From the human T2T-CHM13v2.0 reference genome, Homo sapiens: a stretch of 64,000 nucleotides of DNA. The notes beneath the pieces are model-generated. The model worked only from the letters and a program-made list of their open reading frames with translations. It was not told the origin of the DNA and ran no database searches. Position numbers and translations under genes: made by a program. The DNA is taken from assembly GCF_009914755.1 (NCBI RefSeq), contig NC_060929.1; one strand, written 5' to 3'. Positions 1 to 19,770 of the stretch are shown here, piece by piece. Each line of letters opens with the position of its first letter. Positions within the stretch are counted from its first letter, which is position 1.

Positions 1-703
1 AATTCCTGTCCTAGGTCAGCCTCCTGCTCTCCGGCCAATACGTCATATCCCATAATAAGCAGCAGGGCAACTCAAAATGTTTTTCTCCCAGGGGAGTATC
101 AGTGATTAATCTGCCAGCAGGCGTTGGCATCTTGGGGCATCTCCCTGGAACTCCACCCTGGCCAGGCACTGCAGCCAAACAGACCCACCCTTCAGCAGCT
201 CAGACCCAAGCTCGGTGGTGCCCCAGCGCCCCCTGCCTCTCACACCACACACCCGACCATCAGAAACTCCCAGGGGGAGTACAATCAATACAATGCAGAC
301 TGTCTAAACAGCCTAGAGCTTTGTTTGGTTCTTTTTTCCCCCCGATTGACAATCGGACCCACTGGTTTAAATTTAGAGGTTAATTCATCTGAAACGGTGT
401 CTAGTAGTTGAAGAAAGACATACAGAGCATATTATTTGAAATGTGCTTAACGTGCTGTTTAAAAACAAATTTGTCCTGTTTCTAGGCCTTTTAGACACCA
501 GTATTAAGCCTTAAGTCAAACAGCCCTAAAGGCTGCCTGTATCTGGACTTCTCGTCACAGGAGTCAGTAAGGGCGCCGGGTTTGTTATTCAAGGTCAGCA
601 CATGGTAATCTATCAGTTCAAATGCTTGTCTCTGGGGAGTGTGGCTGGAATAGGGATAGGGATGAGATATTCACTTCCTTTTTCATGCCTTTCTGCTTTT
701 TAA

Positions 704-1015
<312 letters not shown>

Positions 1016-1348
1016 TAAGACCCCATCTCTTAAAAAAACCAAAAAGCATCAGTATAGTTTTGATGTTGTGTTAAAGAATAAGGAAAAAGAAGTTAAAAGA
1101 GAGACAGAAAACAAAACGCAAAACCAGAAACAAAACCAAATGAGCTGCCTTTTCCCCTTCCCAGCAATTCTCTAAGGTAAGTCTTTGGGAGTGCATCTGA
1201 ACTCTGCATGGGAAGCTCTGTCTCCTGCATTCTGAGGCCTCGAGGCACCTTCTTGACTCCACATACTGAGTGTGAGGCCAGGAAGAGACAAGTGCCGAAG
1301 GAAGCAGCTGGCAGGAGGCCTGTTGCATGAAGGTGGAGGCTTGATGGA

Positions 1349-2371
1349 ACGTGGACCTCGGGCCTCTGCCTCTTTCTTCCTTGCTGCTTCTACGTGGACC
1401 TCGGGCCTCTGCCTCTTTCTTCCTTGCTGCTTCTACGTGGACCTCGGGCCTCTGCCTTTCTTCCTTGCTGCTTCTACGTGGACCTCGGGCCTCTGCCTCT
1501 TTCTTCCTTGCTGCTTCTACGTGGACCTCAGGCCTCTGCCTTTCTTCCTTGCTGCTTCTACGTGGACCTCGGGCCTCTGCCTCTTTCTTCCTTGCTGCTT
1601 CTACGTGGACCTCGGGCCTCCGCGCCTTTCTTCCTTGCTGCTTCTACGTGGACCTCGGGCCTCTGCCTCTTTCTTCCTTGCTGCTTCTACGTGGACCTCG
1701 GGCCTCCGCGCCTTTCTTCCTTGCTGCTTCTACGTGGACCTCGGGCCTCTGCCTCTTTCTTCCTTGCTGCTTCTACGTGGACCTCGGGCCTCTGCCTTTC
1801 TTCCTTGCTGCTTCTACGTGGACCTCGGGCCTCTGCCTCTTTCTTCCTTGCTGCTTCTACGTGGACCTCGGGCCTCTGCCTCTTTCTTCCTTGCTGCTTC
1901 TACGTGGACCTCGGGCCTCTGCCTCTTTCTTCCTTGCTGCTTCTACGTGGACCTCGGGCCTCTGCCTCTTTCTTCCTTGCTGCTTCTACGTGGACCTCGG
2001 GCCTCTGCCTCTTTCTTCCTTGCTGCTTCTACGTGGACCTCGGGCCTCTGCCTCTTTCTTCCTTGCTGCTTCTACGTGGACCTCGGGCCTCTGCCTCTTT
2101 CTTCCTTGCTGCTTCTACGTGGACCTCGGGCCTCTGCCTCTTTCTTCCTTGCTGCTTCTACGTGGACCTTGGGCCTCTGCCTTTCTTCCTTGCTGCTTCT
2201 ACGTGGACCTCGGGCCTCTGCCTCTTTCTTCCTTGCTGCTTCTACGTGGACCTCGGGCCTCTGCCTCTTTCTTCCTTGCTGCTTCTACGTGGACCTCGGG
2301 CCTCTGCCTCTTTCTTCCTTGCTGCTTCTACGTGGACCTCAGGCCTCTGCCTTTCTTCCTTGCTGCTTCTA
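1349..2371. repeat. Minisatellite/VNTR, 24 units of 43 bp with 41-bp variants
   Basis: Unit acgtggacctcgggcctctgcctctttcttccttgctgcttct; GTGGACC recurs at 1351, 1394, 1437, 1478 ... 2332. Confidence 0.98.
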
Positions 2372-2426
2372 TTCCTCTTTCTTCCAGCAACGGTATCCCT
2401 GATTTTCCTCTGACTACTCCACACTA

Positions 2427-2727
<301 letters not shown>

Positions 2728-2987
2728 CCATCAACTCTTTCCATATATGCTTGAGTGCAGCTGAAGACGATCTGCCTCCACAAGTAGGGCATGTGACTTC
2801 TTCCTGACTGGTGTATGACACATGCCAGAACATGGTGTTTGATTCAGAGATGGAAATGAGTCAGGCCTAGGACCTCTGTTCGACCATTTTGGGGACATTC
2901 TCTTTCCTGCCAGGCTTGAACCTTGAAGGAGATGGTATCCCCTTTTCTTGAATGTGGCACCTGATGATAAAGTCACCATGGAGGTGA

Positions 2988-3348
<361 letters not shown>

Positions 3349-3956
3349 ATCTTCCTGGTCTTTTAATGCTACGTGAGCCAACTAATTCCTTTGTCCCCCT
3401 CTTAAAGCTGTTTGAGTTAGGTTTTCAGCCAATTGCAGGCTAATACAATGGGCTCAGGGACAAAGGATAATAGGGGTAAGATATGATTGGGATCTGAAAC
3501 TTCATCTACGATACCAGGCCCTATCTAAGGAGAACTGTGGCCTGCAAGCCTCAAGTCCAGAGAAAGGGAGACAGATGTCCAGGGTGTGTCCATGTCTCTG
3601 GCACTGCATGGCAGTGGGAAATTTTTGTCACCAGCGCTGGTCTTTGGCCACTAAGCCTGCAGCCCTAGAGAGGAGGTGTCAGACTGTTAAGAGCTGAATG
3701 GCTCCACAGGTCTGTATTTCAGACTCACCAAACAACCTCCGAATGGCTTTGCTTCCCTCTAGAATGTGCTTTCCTACTAGAAGCGGGTTTGTCACACGGC
3801 TGTTCAAATTTTTCTTGCAAATAAACCTTGGGACCTGCTTCATTCATCATTCTCCTGCGCATTTTGGTTCTTGTGGTCAGTCTGTAATCGACACTGCATA
3901 TCTCTGGGGCCCCTGGCAAATCCAGCTGCTGGACCCATACAGTAATGGTCCACATT

Positions 3957-4260
3957 TGTCTTCATTCGTTTTCTTTTGCCTATAACAGAGTATCTTAAAC
4001 TGGGTAATTTATATGGAAAAGGAATTTATTTCTTACAGTTCTGCAGGCTGAGAAGTCCAAAGTCAAGGGGCCACATCTGGTGGGGACTTCCTGCTGGTGG
4101 GGACTCCCTGCAGTCCCAAAGCAGCACAAGGCATCAGATGGCAACAGGGATGGGTGTGCGAAGGTGCTAGCTCAGGTCTGTCTTCCTCTTCCTACAAAGC
4201 CACCAGTTCCTCTCCCATGATAACCCATTAATTAATCCATGAATGAATTCATTCATTCAT
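3957..4260 (-). mobile_element. ERVL-MaLR LTR (MST-type) fragment
   Basis: ctgggtaatttat...atttatttcttacagttctgcaggctgagaagtccaa is a typical MST/MLT LTR motif. Confidence 0.7.
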
Positions 4261-4760
4261 GTGGGCTGAATTTTACCTCAGTTAAAGAAAATAGGGTAAC
4301 CTAACCTTGAGAACATTGTCAGAGAAACTTTGAGGAATTATTTACCTTCATATATACATACTGTGAAATTCAAATACTTATTTCCCTTAGACTCTTATTC
4401 ATGTATGTGTAAGAGACAGAGAGAAACAGAGTCGAAGACAGAGTTTTAGTTGACTTGAAAAAAGGAAACAGACTTTTATACACTGTTGGTGGAAATATAA
4501 ACTGGTACAGACTTTTCAAAGAGCCATTTGGCAATATCTACCAAAACCCGCTCATTTTTTGTATTTTTTGTAGAGATGGGGTTTTGCTATGTTGCTCAGG
4601 CTGGTCTCAACCTCCTGAGCTCAAGCGATCTGCCAGCCTGGGAGAGTCCTCATGGCCCAATCACCTCTTAAAGACCCCACCTCTCAATACTGGGCCATCC
4701 CTTGAAACCATTCTGCCCTCTAGGCCCTCTAGGCCTCAGAGCCTGTGACAGCAAGTGTAG

Positions 4761-5034
<274 letters not shown>

Positions 5035-5419
5035 TGATCTCAGGTGATCCACCCCGCCTCGTCCTCCCAAAGTGCTGGGATTACAGGTGTGAGCCACCGT
5101 GAGTGACCAGCTCCATGCTCTTTGATGATCCTTTTTCTCTGTACTAATCTTGGTGAAAGACCACTGGGCCACCCTTGGTTTCTGCTTTTGAACACACTTT
5201 TTCATTCTACATGGCCAGGCTGAGTTTTGCAAATTTGTCTGCTTTGTTTCTCTTTTGATTGTTAATTCTGTCTTCATGAGTGCTGGAGGAGACAAATATT
5301 CAAACCACAGCAACATTCTCCATCAGTCCCAGGTTGGAATTCCAATGCCCCAGTCATGTTTGAGTGACAGACACCACGGCAACATCAACAATCATGGCCA
5401 TCACCTAGGTGTCCATTTT

Positions 5420-6590
<1,171 letters not shown>

Positions 6591-7827
6591 CGCATCCCTC
6601 TGTGCAATGCATTTACTGGTCAAATTAGAATTATTTTGGTTGTAAGCTACAGAAGCCAAACTCAAACTTAAGCGAAAAAAAAAAAGTATTGGTTTGTATA
6701 CCTGGAATAGGTTCTGGTATAGGTCACGAGCTAAAGGAAAAAACTACTGAAACAAGTTGTCAGGCCCTTGCTCTGAGACTCCACATCTTCACCAGTGTCT
6801 CATCTCTCCATGTGGTGGGGAAGATGGCACTGGCTGCCACCAATTCATGCTGTCCTCGCTTAGCACGTATCAATCCCAGACTGGTCCTGCTTTGGTACTG
6901 CCTGACTGCAGTAGAAACAAGGCCCAGGCCAGGCCAGTGAGAGCCTGCCCTGGGTCTTTGGCTGGAATCATTAGGAAAGAAGCACCTTCTCTAAGCGGAG
7001 AAGCTGGTAGAATCTAAGCCTGCAGGTGTTGGTGGCATCTTTCCCGCTTGTGAGGCCCGCAGAGAGAACAGGATGGAGGGTGGGAGGTGAGATCGATTCT
7101 TGATGCCACCTTACAATGCCTGAATGGTTCAGCATTCCCTCTTTCAATTCAATTCCCTCCTTCTTGCAAAGAAATATTGAGTTGTGAGTTTTATAACTTG
7201 CAATGGGAGGTCTGGCCTAACATGAGGGGCACTTTGATCTGGCCTGAAAGGGTGAGTAGGTATTTTGCGGGGTTCTCCTCGGATATGCAGAAAGAAAAGG
7301 GCATGCACAGCAGAGCCACTATCGTACCCTCCTGGTGGCAGCAAGTCTCCCCAGAGGGCTCCAATTAGTCCACCCCGCCCTGCATGCACGCGCAGCTCCT
7401 CCACAGCTTATGTCCTCTCCTCTTGAATCTGGCTTGGGCTTGTGCCTGCTTTAATTCATAGAATATTGAGGAAGTGGCCTTCTTCAGAAGGCCTGGCAGC
7501 TTCGCTTTCCTCTTGGAGCCCCTGGTTGTCATGTAGGAAGTGCAGGATCACCTCCTGCTGGGGAAAGGGGCCACACACAAAGTCTGAAGGATGAGACACT
7601 GCAGGGGAGGCCTCGTTAGGGGGCAGCGAGGTGCCAGACATTCAACACCCAGCTGCCACCTTTGGTATAGGCATGAGGCCCCAAGGGTGAACATCAGAAT
7701 CATGAGATACAGTAAAACTGTTGCTTTATGCTACCAAGATTTTGTGCAACAAGACCTCCCCTCCTCCATACAGTCGTGCCAGTCACAAGGGAATTGCTCC
7801 CTCTGTTTTTTGTTTTGTTTTGTTTGA

Positions 7828-9087
<1,260 letters not shown>

Positions 9088-9600
9088 AATATACCTCCAA
9101 TATTAAGTCTGTTGGGTGTTATTCTTGCCCCTAGACTGTGAGCTTACTCAGGGCTGGGTGGGGTCTGATTCATCTCTGTGCCCTGACCATCAGTCAACTA
9201 ATATTTCTTGATGTAAGCATCATGAATCAGCCCAGTCATTTCTCTGCTGACCTTCAAACACCAGAGTTTGCCCTGAACACCTTTTGATCTTGGAGCACAG
9301 CAGCTGCTGTCCGTTACCCAGGCTAGGACCCCAGCACCAAAACTGTCCATTAATGTAATGGAATGAATTACCATTAATAGGCTGAAGTGGTATGTTAACT
9401 TACTCTTCTTTGTATAATTGAGGAAGGAATAATATTCGACTGTTCACGATTGAATGTCTTGTCTTTAGGCAGATCAAGATACTGGCTCCGGTCAAATACT
9501 GTGTTTCGACGTGATTGACAGGCGAAGGCTTAAGGAAAAGGAAGAGGAGAAAAAAAGGGGAGGACGATCAAGGAAAAGAGGAGATAAAAGTGGACAACCC

Positions 9601-10628
<1,028 letters not shown>

Positions 10629-12911
10629 GTGAGCGAGGCAGGCCGGAGGCCCGGTCGGGGCGCCGCTCCTCTCTCCGGCCGCGCACGGACCGCCCCCCGT
10701 CGGCCGGGCTCGGTCGCGGGCAACTTTCGTTTCGTGGGCGGCGGTCCCGCTGCTCCGCAAGCTGGCGGCTGTTGGGGGCCCCTTCGACGCGCCGCGATCA
10801 CGCCCCGCCCCGGGCCGCGCCCCCGGGCCGAGTCCCTGGGAGGGGGGCGTTGATTGACGGCGGCGGCGGCGGCGCGCAGAGGGGAGAGGGTCGGCGCTGG
10901 GCTCCCGGATCCCGGCCGGTCCCGGCTGCCGTCGTCGGAGGAGGCGAGTCCGTGTCCCGGGACTCGTGGCCAAGATGGGTGGCAACTTTTGAGAAGCGCC
11001 TCTGTGGGTGGCGCGCTGTGTGGAGTGTGGAGCTTCGCGCTCCGTGGCCACAATTACTGTCAAGCGGGAAACCAACTGCTTACCCCCTCCCCTAAAATGT
11101 TTTTAAAATTCAGTTTAACGCAGATTTTGAGGGAGAGGACGGGGTGGATTACAGGTTAAAGAAGCACTTGGCATGCAATGAGGATGCTTATTTTATAGTA
11201 TTGCGAAGGATTCGGAGATTGTACTGGTTTCTACAAGCAGTTTTCTCTGGTAACCCAAATTGCATCCCTCCTTTTTGTTTTTCAGCACTAATCGCTATTT
11301 TCTTTGGAAACTTCCTTTGATTCTTTACCTCCTTCACCTTCCCCGAAGAGCCTGCTAACCAACACCTGTGGCCTTCTGTTTTTAACTGTTGTTGCCATTG
11401 ACAGCGTTGTGAATGGTCATCTCGCTCGAGCTCTTTGGATTTGTTGTTACTGTGTAAGCTGATGTGTTTTAGATAATCTGCTTCAATTTGAGTTCCCATA
11501 CTTACCTGTTTTCCAGGTGGATTGTCTCATTGTTAGTGCTGAATCTTCTTGCCTACTTGTATCTGGGAATTTAACTTTGAAGAGGAAGAGAGTGAATATG
11601 AATAACTGAAAAATAAAATGGTGTGTAGTAGCACTTTGTATTTTTTACAATATACTAGAATTTACTACTCTAGAACAGATTAGTAGGCTGTAGGAGTGGA
11701 CGTGGGCCATTGATCAAAAGGGTTTAAAGGCTTTTTTGGGGAATTGCTGTTAAGACATTTATCACAGTCTTTATTTAATTTATTTATTGTTTTTGAGACA
11801 GGATCTCACTCTGTCACCCAGGCTGGAGTGCAGTGGCACAGTTCTCGGCTCACTGCAGCCTTCGCCTCCTGGGTTCAAGCGATCCTTTTGCCTCACCCTC
11901 CTGACTAGCTGGGACTACCGGCAGACACCACCACGGCTAATTTTTTAATTTTTTGTAGAGCCTTGCTCTGTTGCCCAGGCTGGTCTCCGACTCCAGGGCT
12001 CAAGCGATCTTCCTTCCTTGGCCTCCCAAAGTGCTGCAATTACAGGCATGAGCCAACATGCCTGGCCATCACAGTGTTTAGAATGTGATGACTTTTAGAG
12101 TAAAATTTAGAATAAAAATTGCTTAATATCTTTAGATCTGTGATCTACTCCAGGTGTTTTGCTTTAAACAAAATACATGAACAGCTGCTAATGAGAAGAC
12201 AGACCTTTCTAGGTGGAGGTGACTTGCCCATGGTACTGTAATGAGGAGGGAAAGGACCGGGTTTGTGTGCGTGTGAGAGCGCATGAGTGTGCGACCTAAT
12301 CGCTAGAGGTTTGTTCTTTTGGGAGGAGGGAGGGTATGTTAATGGTTGGAAGTTATTTCAGGTCACTTCTCAGTCGATGAACGAGATGCTGAACGAAATG
12401 ATCAAAAAAGATGATGCAATTGCCAGGCATGGTGGCTCACCGTGTAATCCCAGCGCTTTGGGAGGTTGAGGAAGGAGGATGGCTTGAGCCCAGGTGTTTG
12501 AGACCAGCAAAACCCTGTCTCAGAAAAATATAAAGTAACATATATAAAGTCTGTGATAACTGTCACAACGTAGTGAGACCTTGTCTTGATCACTTTATAA
12601 AAACGGTGACGAAAGACAGATTTTCTTGTGAGACTGAAGATTTTCTCTGAAAGTCAATCATTAGGTAATTTCCATAGTGTCTTGATAGTGGTGATGCAGC
12701 CCAAGCGGCTCCTCTTGAATGCCTGTTCAATTTGTAGGTATTTTCAGGTTGCTTAAATGTTGTTGGCAAAGTAAAACTACAATTATTGGGAAATTTCAAA
12801 CTTTTGAGCAGACATAAGGTTGGTTTATAGAACTTGGTCCTAACTACAAATGTGTAAAGGCGTTGTAGGAATTTGCCCACTGTACATGTAGTTTAAAAGT
12901 ATGCATTTTAT

Positions 12912-13244
<333 letters not shown>

Positions 13245-13627
13245 CTATATTTGCCTTCTTATATTCTTTAAATGATAAACCTTTTTCATAGTGCAACAGA
13301 AAAGGATAATATATGTAAGACATATTGGAATAAATGGTTAAGGCAGCTCACAGCTGTATTCTTTGGGCCGTTAGGGGTGAGGGATCAGTATGTTCAGCAC
13401 CTTTAGAACCCATTCCCATATGCAAGGTCCACTGGCTTGGGAAGCTCTGCTTGAAAGCATTTATTACTTTGGAAAAGTCCTAATAGGCTCAGCTAAAAAT
13501 GTATGTTTTACTGGGAAAACCAAAGACTTGGATATGTAGATATCTTTATACCCATTACTCATACAGTCATTTTATAACAAAAGTGTGATTAATAAAACGC
13601 TGTGTATGTGAAATTAAGAATTGCTGA

Positions 13628-13925
<298 letters not shown>

Positions 13926-14644
13926 TGCTGAGTAAACTGTAAACATATACTGTATGCATAGCTGGGGTACATTAGAGTATAATGGAATGTACTGTATTTT
14001 GGTACTTGAATAAGTAATTAGCGAGGTGGGGGGTTATTTGATCCAAGATGAGGACTCATTTAGGCTGTCTCCACTTCGCTCTTCTCTGGCCTTCACCTCT
14101 CCTTCATCCATTTATATTTTCTTGGTAACTTCAGTTACACGTTAAGGTATGTACTGGCCATAGTGTTTTAACACTGAGAATTCAAAGACAAATAATACTC
14201 CGATTTTGCCTTCTCGTAGTGTATAGGCTTCATAGGTGCACAGAGTGCTGTGGGAGAACACAATAGAGAATGATTAAACTTGTGGAGGGTGTGGGGGCAG
14301 TTTACGGAAAATAACACTGAATAGGAATTTGCCAAACTGGGGAGAGGGAGTCATGTCAAACAGAAGGAAGTGTGGGTGCACTGAGGTGTCAAGTGTTAGG
14401 GTAAGGCTAGTGATAAGGTGTTACTGGAACAGTGGGAATGACTCGAGATGAGCCTGCAAAGGTGTGTCTGGTCTAGATTTTGAAGGACCAGCCTTGCTAA
14501 GCTAAAAGGGAAGTGTATAGCCTTATCTGACAGCAGAAGAGAGAGCCAAAATATTGTTAGCAGAGGAGCAAGGCGATTTGGAGGTCACTTTGGCATCCCT
14601 GTGGAGAATAGAGTGGAGGCCCTACAAGTGTATATTTGAGATAG

Positions 14645-15005
<361 letters not shown>

Positions 15006-15399
15006 TAAGGGACTTTAGGGCTATGCCCAGTTGCTCTATAATACAGGGTCATTTAAAATCAAAGTGTCAGTATGTTTTGGAAGAAGTTAAAAGCAGTCAA
15101 AACAATGAAAGTTATAAAATGTTACTCATGAAAGTTCAGGTGTTGAGAATACTTGTCTTCTGAGTTAGGCTTAGGCAGGCTATAGACCTTAAGCTGGAAA
15201 ATTCAACCCTATGTCCACTTGAAATCAAAGCCACCAAGCTTAAAAAGTTACCAGTATCCTGATGGTTTGCTAGGATATGGGTTGTAAACATTTTGTGAAA
15301 TTTTGGGGGGAAGGCAGTTTTCTCTCTAGTAAATTATTGGAATTGGAATAGTGAGACTAGCTTAAGGTCTAAGAAGTTCTCATACAACTGTTAATTTAT

Positions 15400-16510
15400 A
15401 CAGTCAGTTCTGCTGTAAAGCAACATACAGGTTCCTAAAAATCACTGCTTTGCAGAATCGTGCAGTAGAAATGACTTACAAATGGGGTTGGGGTACAGCA
15501 CTCTAAAGCTTTATCAGTGACACATTTAAAAAAGGAACCTGGTAAAAATGATAGAACAGTTTTACACGTTGAATGGTTAAGAAATATATAGATACTGTAA
15601 TAAATGTGGCATTTTCTTTGAAAAAGCCCTGGTTTGCTTGTGGAAAGGGATGTCAGAAAGGTTGCTGCTGGTGAGTTACTGTGAAGTGGTAGAAGAATTA
15701 CTTATAATCAGATGGAAGGTTGTAACACGAGAAGCAAATAGGTGTGGCTCTTAACCCATAATAAACTGACTTAGCTGGTGGGTGTTTGAAGTGTGTTTCA
15801 TGTATTTCTACACAGTTCAGTTCGGCTGGGTGCAAGCTTTCTCCCTTCATCTAGTGTTTATGTGACAGAATAGCACATAAATAAACAGGAAATATGGATT
15901 GTGCTCAAATTGTTCTCTAATTTGTGTATCAATCACAGTGGAACAAATTCACCTTTTCTTTTCTTTTTTTTTCCCCCCTTTTTCTTTCTTTTGCTTTTCC
16001 TTTTCCTTTTCTTTCTTGACAGGGTCTCACTCTGTGTCACCCAGGCTGGAGTGATGATGACTTGCTGCAGCCTTGACCTCCCAGGTTCACCCGAGCCTCC
16101 TGAGTACCTGGTATCACAGGTGTGTGCCACCACACCTGGCTGATTTTTCTTATTTTTAGTAGAGATGAGGTCTCTCTACGTTGCCCGGTTTGGTCTCACA
16201 CTCCTGGGCTCAAGCAGTCCTCCTGCCTCGGCCTCCCAAAGTGCTAGGTTTATAGGTGTGAGCCACTGCACCTGGCCAAATTCACGTTTTCTTTTTCTTT
16301 TCTTTTCTTTTTTTTTTTTTTTGAGATGGAGTCTCACTCTGTTGCCCAGGCTAGAGTGCAGTGGCGCCATCTAGGCTCACTGCAGGCTCCGCCTCCCGGG
16401 TTCACGCCATTCTCCTTCAGCCTCCTGAGTAGCTGGGACTACAGGCACCTGCCATCATGCCTGGCTAATTCAAATGCACGTTTTCAAAACAAGTTTTATA
16501 GTTGATTATA
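15400..16510 (-). mobile_element. MER82-like TcMar-Tigger element interrupted by Alus (~15960-16470)
   Basis: Begins TA-cagtcagttctgct...; the other end reads gcacgttttcaaaacaag; internal sequence resembles MER82. Confidence 0.65.
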
Positions 16511-18166
16511 CTTGTTTAATACTAGTTTTAAATAGTACTATAACTCAGTTTCAAAAATACTTGTTGAACAATCTATGTGTCAGGTAACATGCTACCTTTG
16601 TGGGGCTTAGAGTCTTTTGTCCCAAGTAGGTTTATAGTGTTGTGGAGAAGGACAAATGAACCAATAGAGTACTCATCGGGTTATACAGTAATTAAGAAAG
16701 CACAGAGCATTTTGGGCATGCTAAGGAAGGAGAAAGTCATTCTGCTTGGAAAACCCAGGGAGTCATCTCAGAGGTCTTTAAGCTGGATTTTAAAGGATGG
16801 ATAGGGATTTGTTAGGTTGAGTAGGACAGGGAGAAGGAACAGCATATTGGGAACAACATGGGCTGTGGAGCATAAGACACAGGGATGAGAGGGACAGGAA
16901 GAGTGGTCAGAAACAGCTTGTGAATAGTTGTAGGGTTTTTCTTAAAGTGTTGAGATTTCCTGTATATGATAGAAATCCAGTGAGAGTTTAGGTGGATATG
17001 GGTGAGCAAGTGGTTCATGTAACATACTTTTTCAGGAGGCACATAATGAAAATGTAGAAGCTGGATTAAAGGAGTTAGAGTTCATTTACGTCCTGTGAGA
17101 GCTCAAGTACATCAGCATAGGGGATAGAAAAGCACAGGATACCAGAATTAGGGACAGACTAGCCATGAGCTATAAAAATAGGAAAGAGTTGAGTATGATT
17201 CAGAACTTGTTTAGCTTAGAGAACTGTTGGTATGATTTAACTTGGGAAACAGAAGAACAGATTTGGACGAGGAAAGTAGAATAGTTTGATTTTTGATCCT
17301 GTTAAGTTTGACATACCTCCTGGATACTTAGGTGGATATGTCTAACAGATATCTGGACCAGAGAGCGGTTTGGGGTTTGATAGATTTGGTCATTGTATAG
17401 TTGGCATTGGAAGTTAGGGGATTACTCAGGAAGAGTGTGTGAACAAATGTTTTTCACCCTTTTGACAGAGGTAAGATCTCCATTTGAGAATCAGTTAAGA
17501 ATTATGGACTCTGCTGAAGGGAATGAAAGTATGCATATATGCAAGTGTGAAACTTATGGACCACAAGAGGAGAGGACTAAGGGAACCCTAAGGAACAGCT
17601 AATATTTTGTTTTGGACAGCATTGAAATGGTTGAAGAGACAAGGGCAGAACAGGAGAGAGTAACGCTACAGATGCCGAGAGAGGTCATAGTGCCAAGAAA
17701 GAAGGAGTTTTCAGTAGTCATCATTGTGCCCAGGTTTAGGGTGGGATGAGATCTGGAAATGGGTTGATAGGATTTGACAGGTGGGGGAATGAATGCAGGG
17801 AAAATTTTTATGGGACCAGGGCATATATAAGTCAGATAGTAGATTGGGCGGAGGAGCAAATGGGAGGTTAAGATGAAGAAGGTTATAGACTACTATTTGC
17901 AAAAATTTAAACTAGAAGAGAAGGAAAGAAGGGTAATAGTTTAAAGAGGAGACAGGGTCGAGAGAAGGTAGGCACCTGTGTTAGTCACCAGCTTTGTTTC
18001 CTTAAATCCAAAACTTTGGAAATAAATTTATAATGTATATTGCGTGTATGTTTCCAAACGTTCCCCTGATCTATTGGTTGAAATTATTGCATTTTTATTT
18101 GGTGATACAAAATTGTTTTGCCTGCGGAATTTTATGTGATTTCAAAAACAATAAAAAAAACTCTTT

Positions 18167-18330
18167 CTCATTAGCGATAGAGATTATCTGATGTAAAATC
18201 ATAATATTACAATTTTCAGCCTTCAGTTACTAGAAGAAGAAGATTTGTCCTCATTAGCGGTAGAGATTATCTGATGTAAACTCATAATATTACAATTTTC
18301 AGCCTTCAGTTACTAGAAGGATAAGATTTG
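18167..18330. repeat. 83-bp tandem duplication (2 copies)
   Basis: ctcattagcg(a/g)tagagattatctgatgtaaa...agatttg starts at 18167 and again at 18250. Confidence 0.95.
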
Positions 18331-19124
18331 CTTTCATATGCCATATACTAGGTTTGCACTTATGTTGTGCTCCATTGCCCAAACTTTGGTTAAATATTTG
18401 ATGCGGTTTTAAGTGTAAAATAGTAGCAAAGAGGAAATCATTAGACATGGTCATTTTCTTTCCAAGTTATTGCTACAAACACATAGAGACTTAATAAATT
18501 AGCCAGTGGCTCTGTGTATCCAAATACAGAGTATTACAGGTGATTAGGTGCATTGAGTGGTTGTATATAGTTTTACTAGGCAGATTTTGATTATACGGAG
18601 ATAGATGTGTTAGTAATCTCTCCTAATTAAAAACCAAACAGAGATGAAGATATGACTTGACTAAGTTAAATCAAAAATTGTATTGCACTCAGCCTTTTGG
18701 GAGGCAAATATTTTTCTTCTGTAAGGTTATGTATTGTTGTTAAGTAAACACTTCAGCATCATAAAACAATATTTGATGAAGCTAACTGCCATGTTTTAGA
18801 CCAGTAGTTTCCTTTGTTAATCTAAAATTATGACAATGATAACTATAGTTTATAGACTAAAGAATTGTCATTTGGTTTTTAGTTTTATGGAAACTATAGA
18901 AACTCAAAGATTTAGGGGTTCATAGCCACTGAAGAAAAAAAATGATATTGAATGCCGGTGGTGCAGTGGGCTCTGCTGCTTTACATGTGTCTCATTTAAT
19001 CCTCACACCAAAATTGTGACATAGATACCACCAATTTATAAGTGAGGAAATTTAGGCATTAAAGATGATTGTAAACCCATCATTTCAAGCCAGGACTTGA
19101 TGCAGGTCTGACTCTAGTTTGTAT

Positions 19125-19770
<646 letters not shown>

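Noticed and set aside
1349-2371. CRISPR-like regular repeat array
   Set aside because: No unique spacers, no cas genes, primate DNA: a head-to-tail minisatellite. The same applies to 50504-50993.
10858-10875. (CGG)5 and interrupted GGC runs as a repeat-expansion locus
   Set aside because: Short and interrupted; typical of CpG-island first exons and introns.
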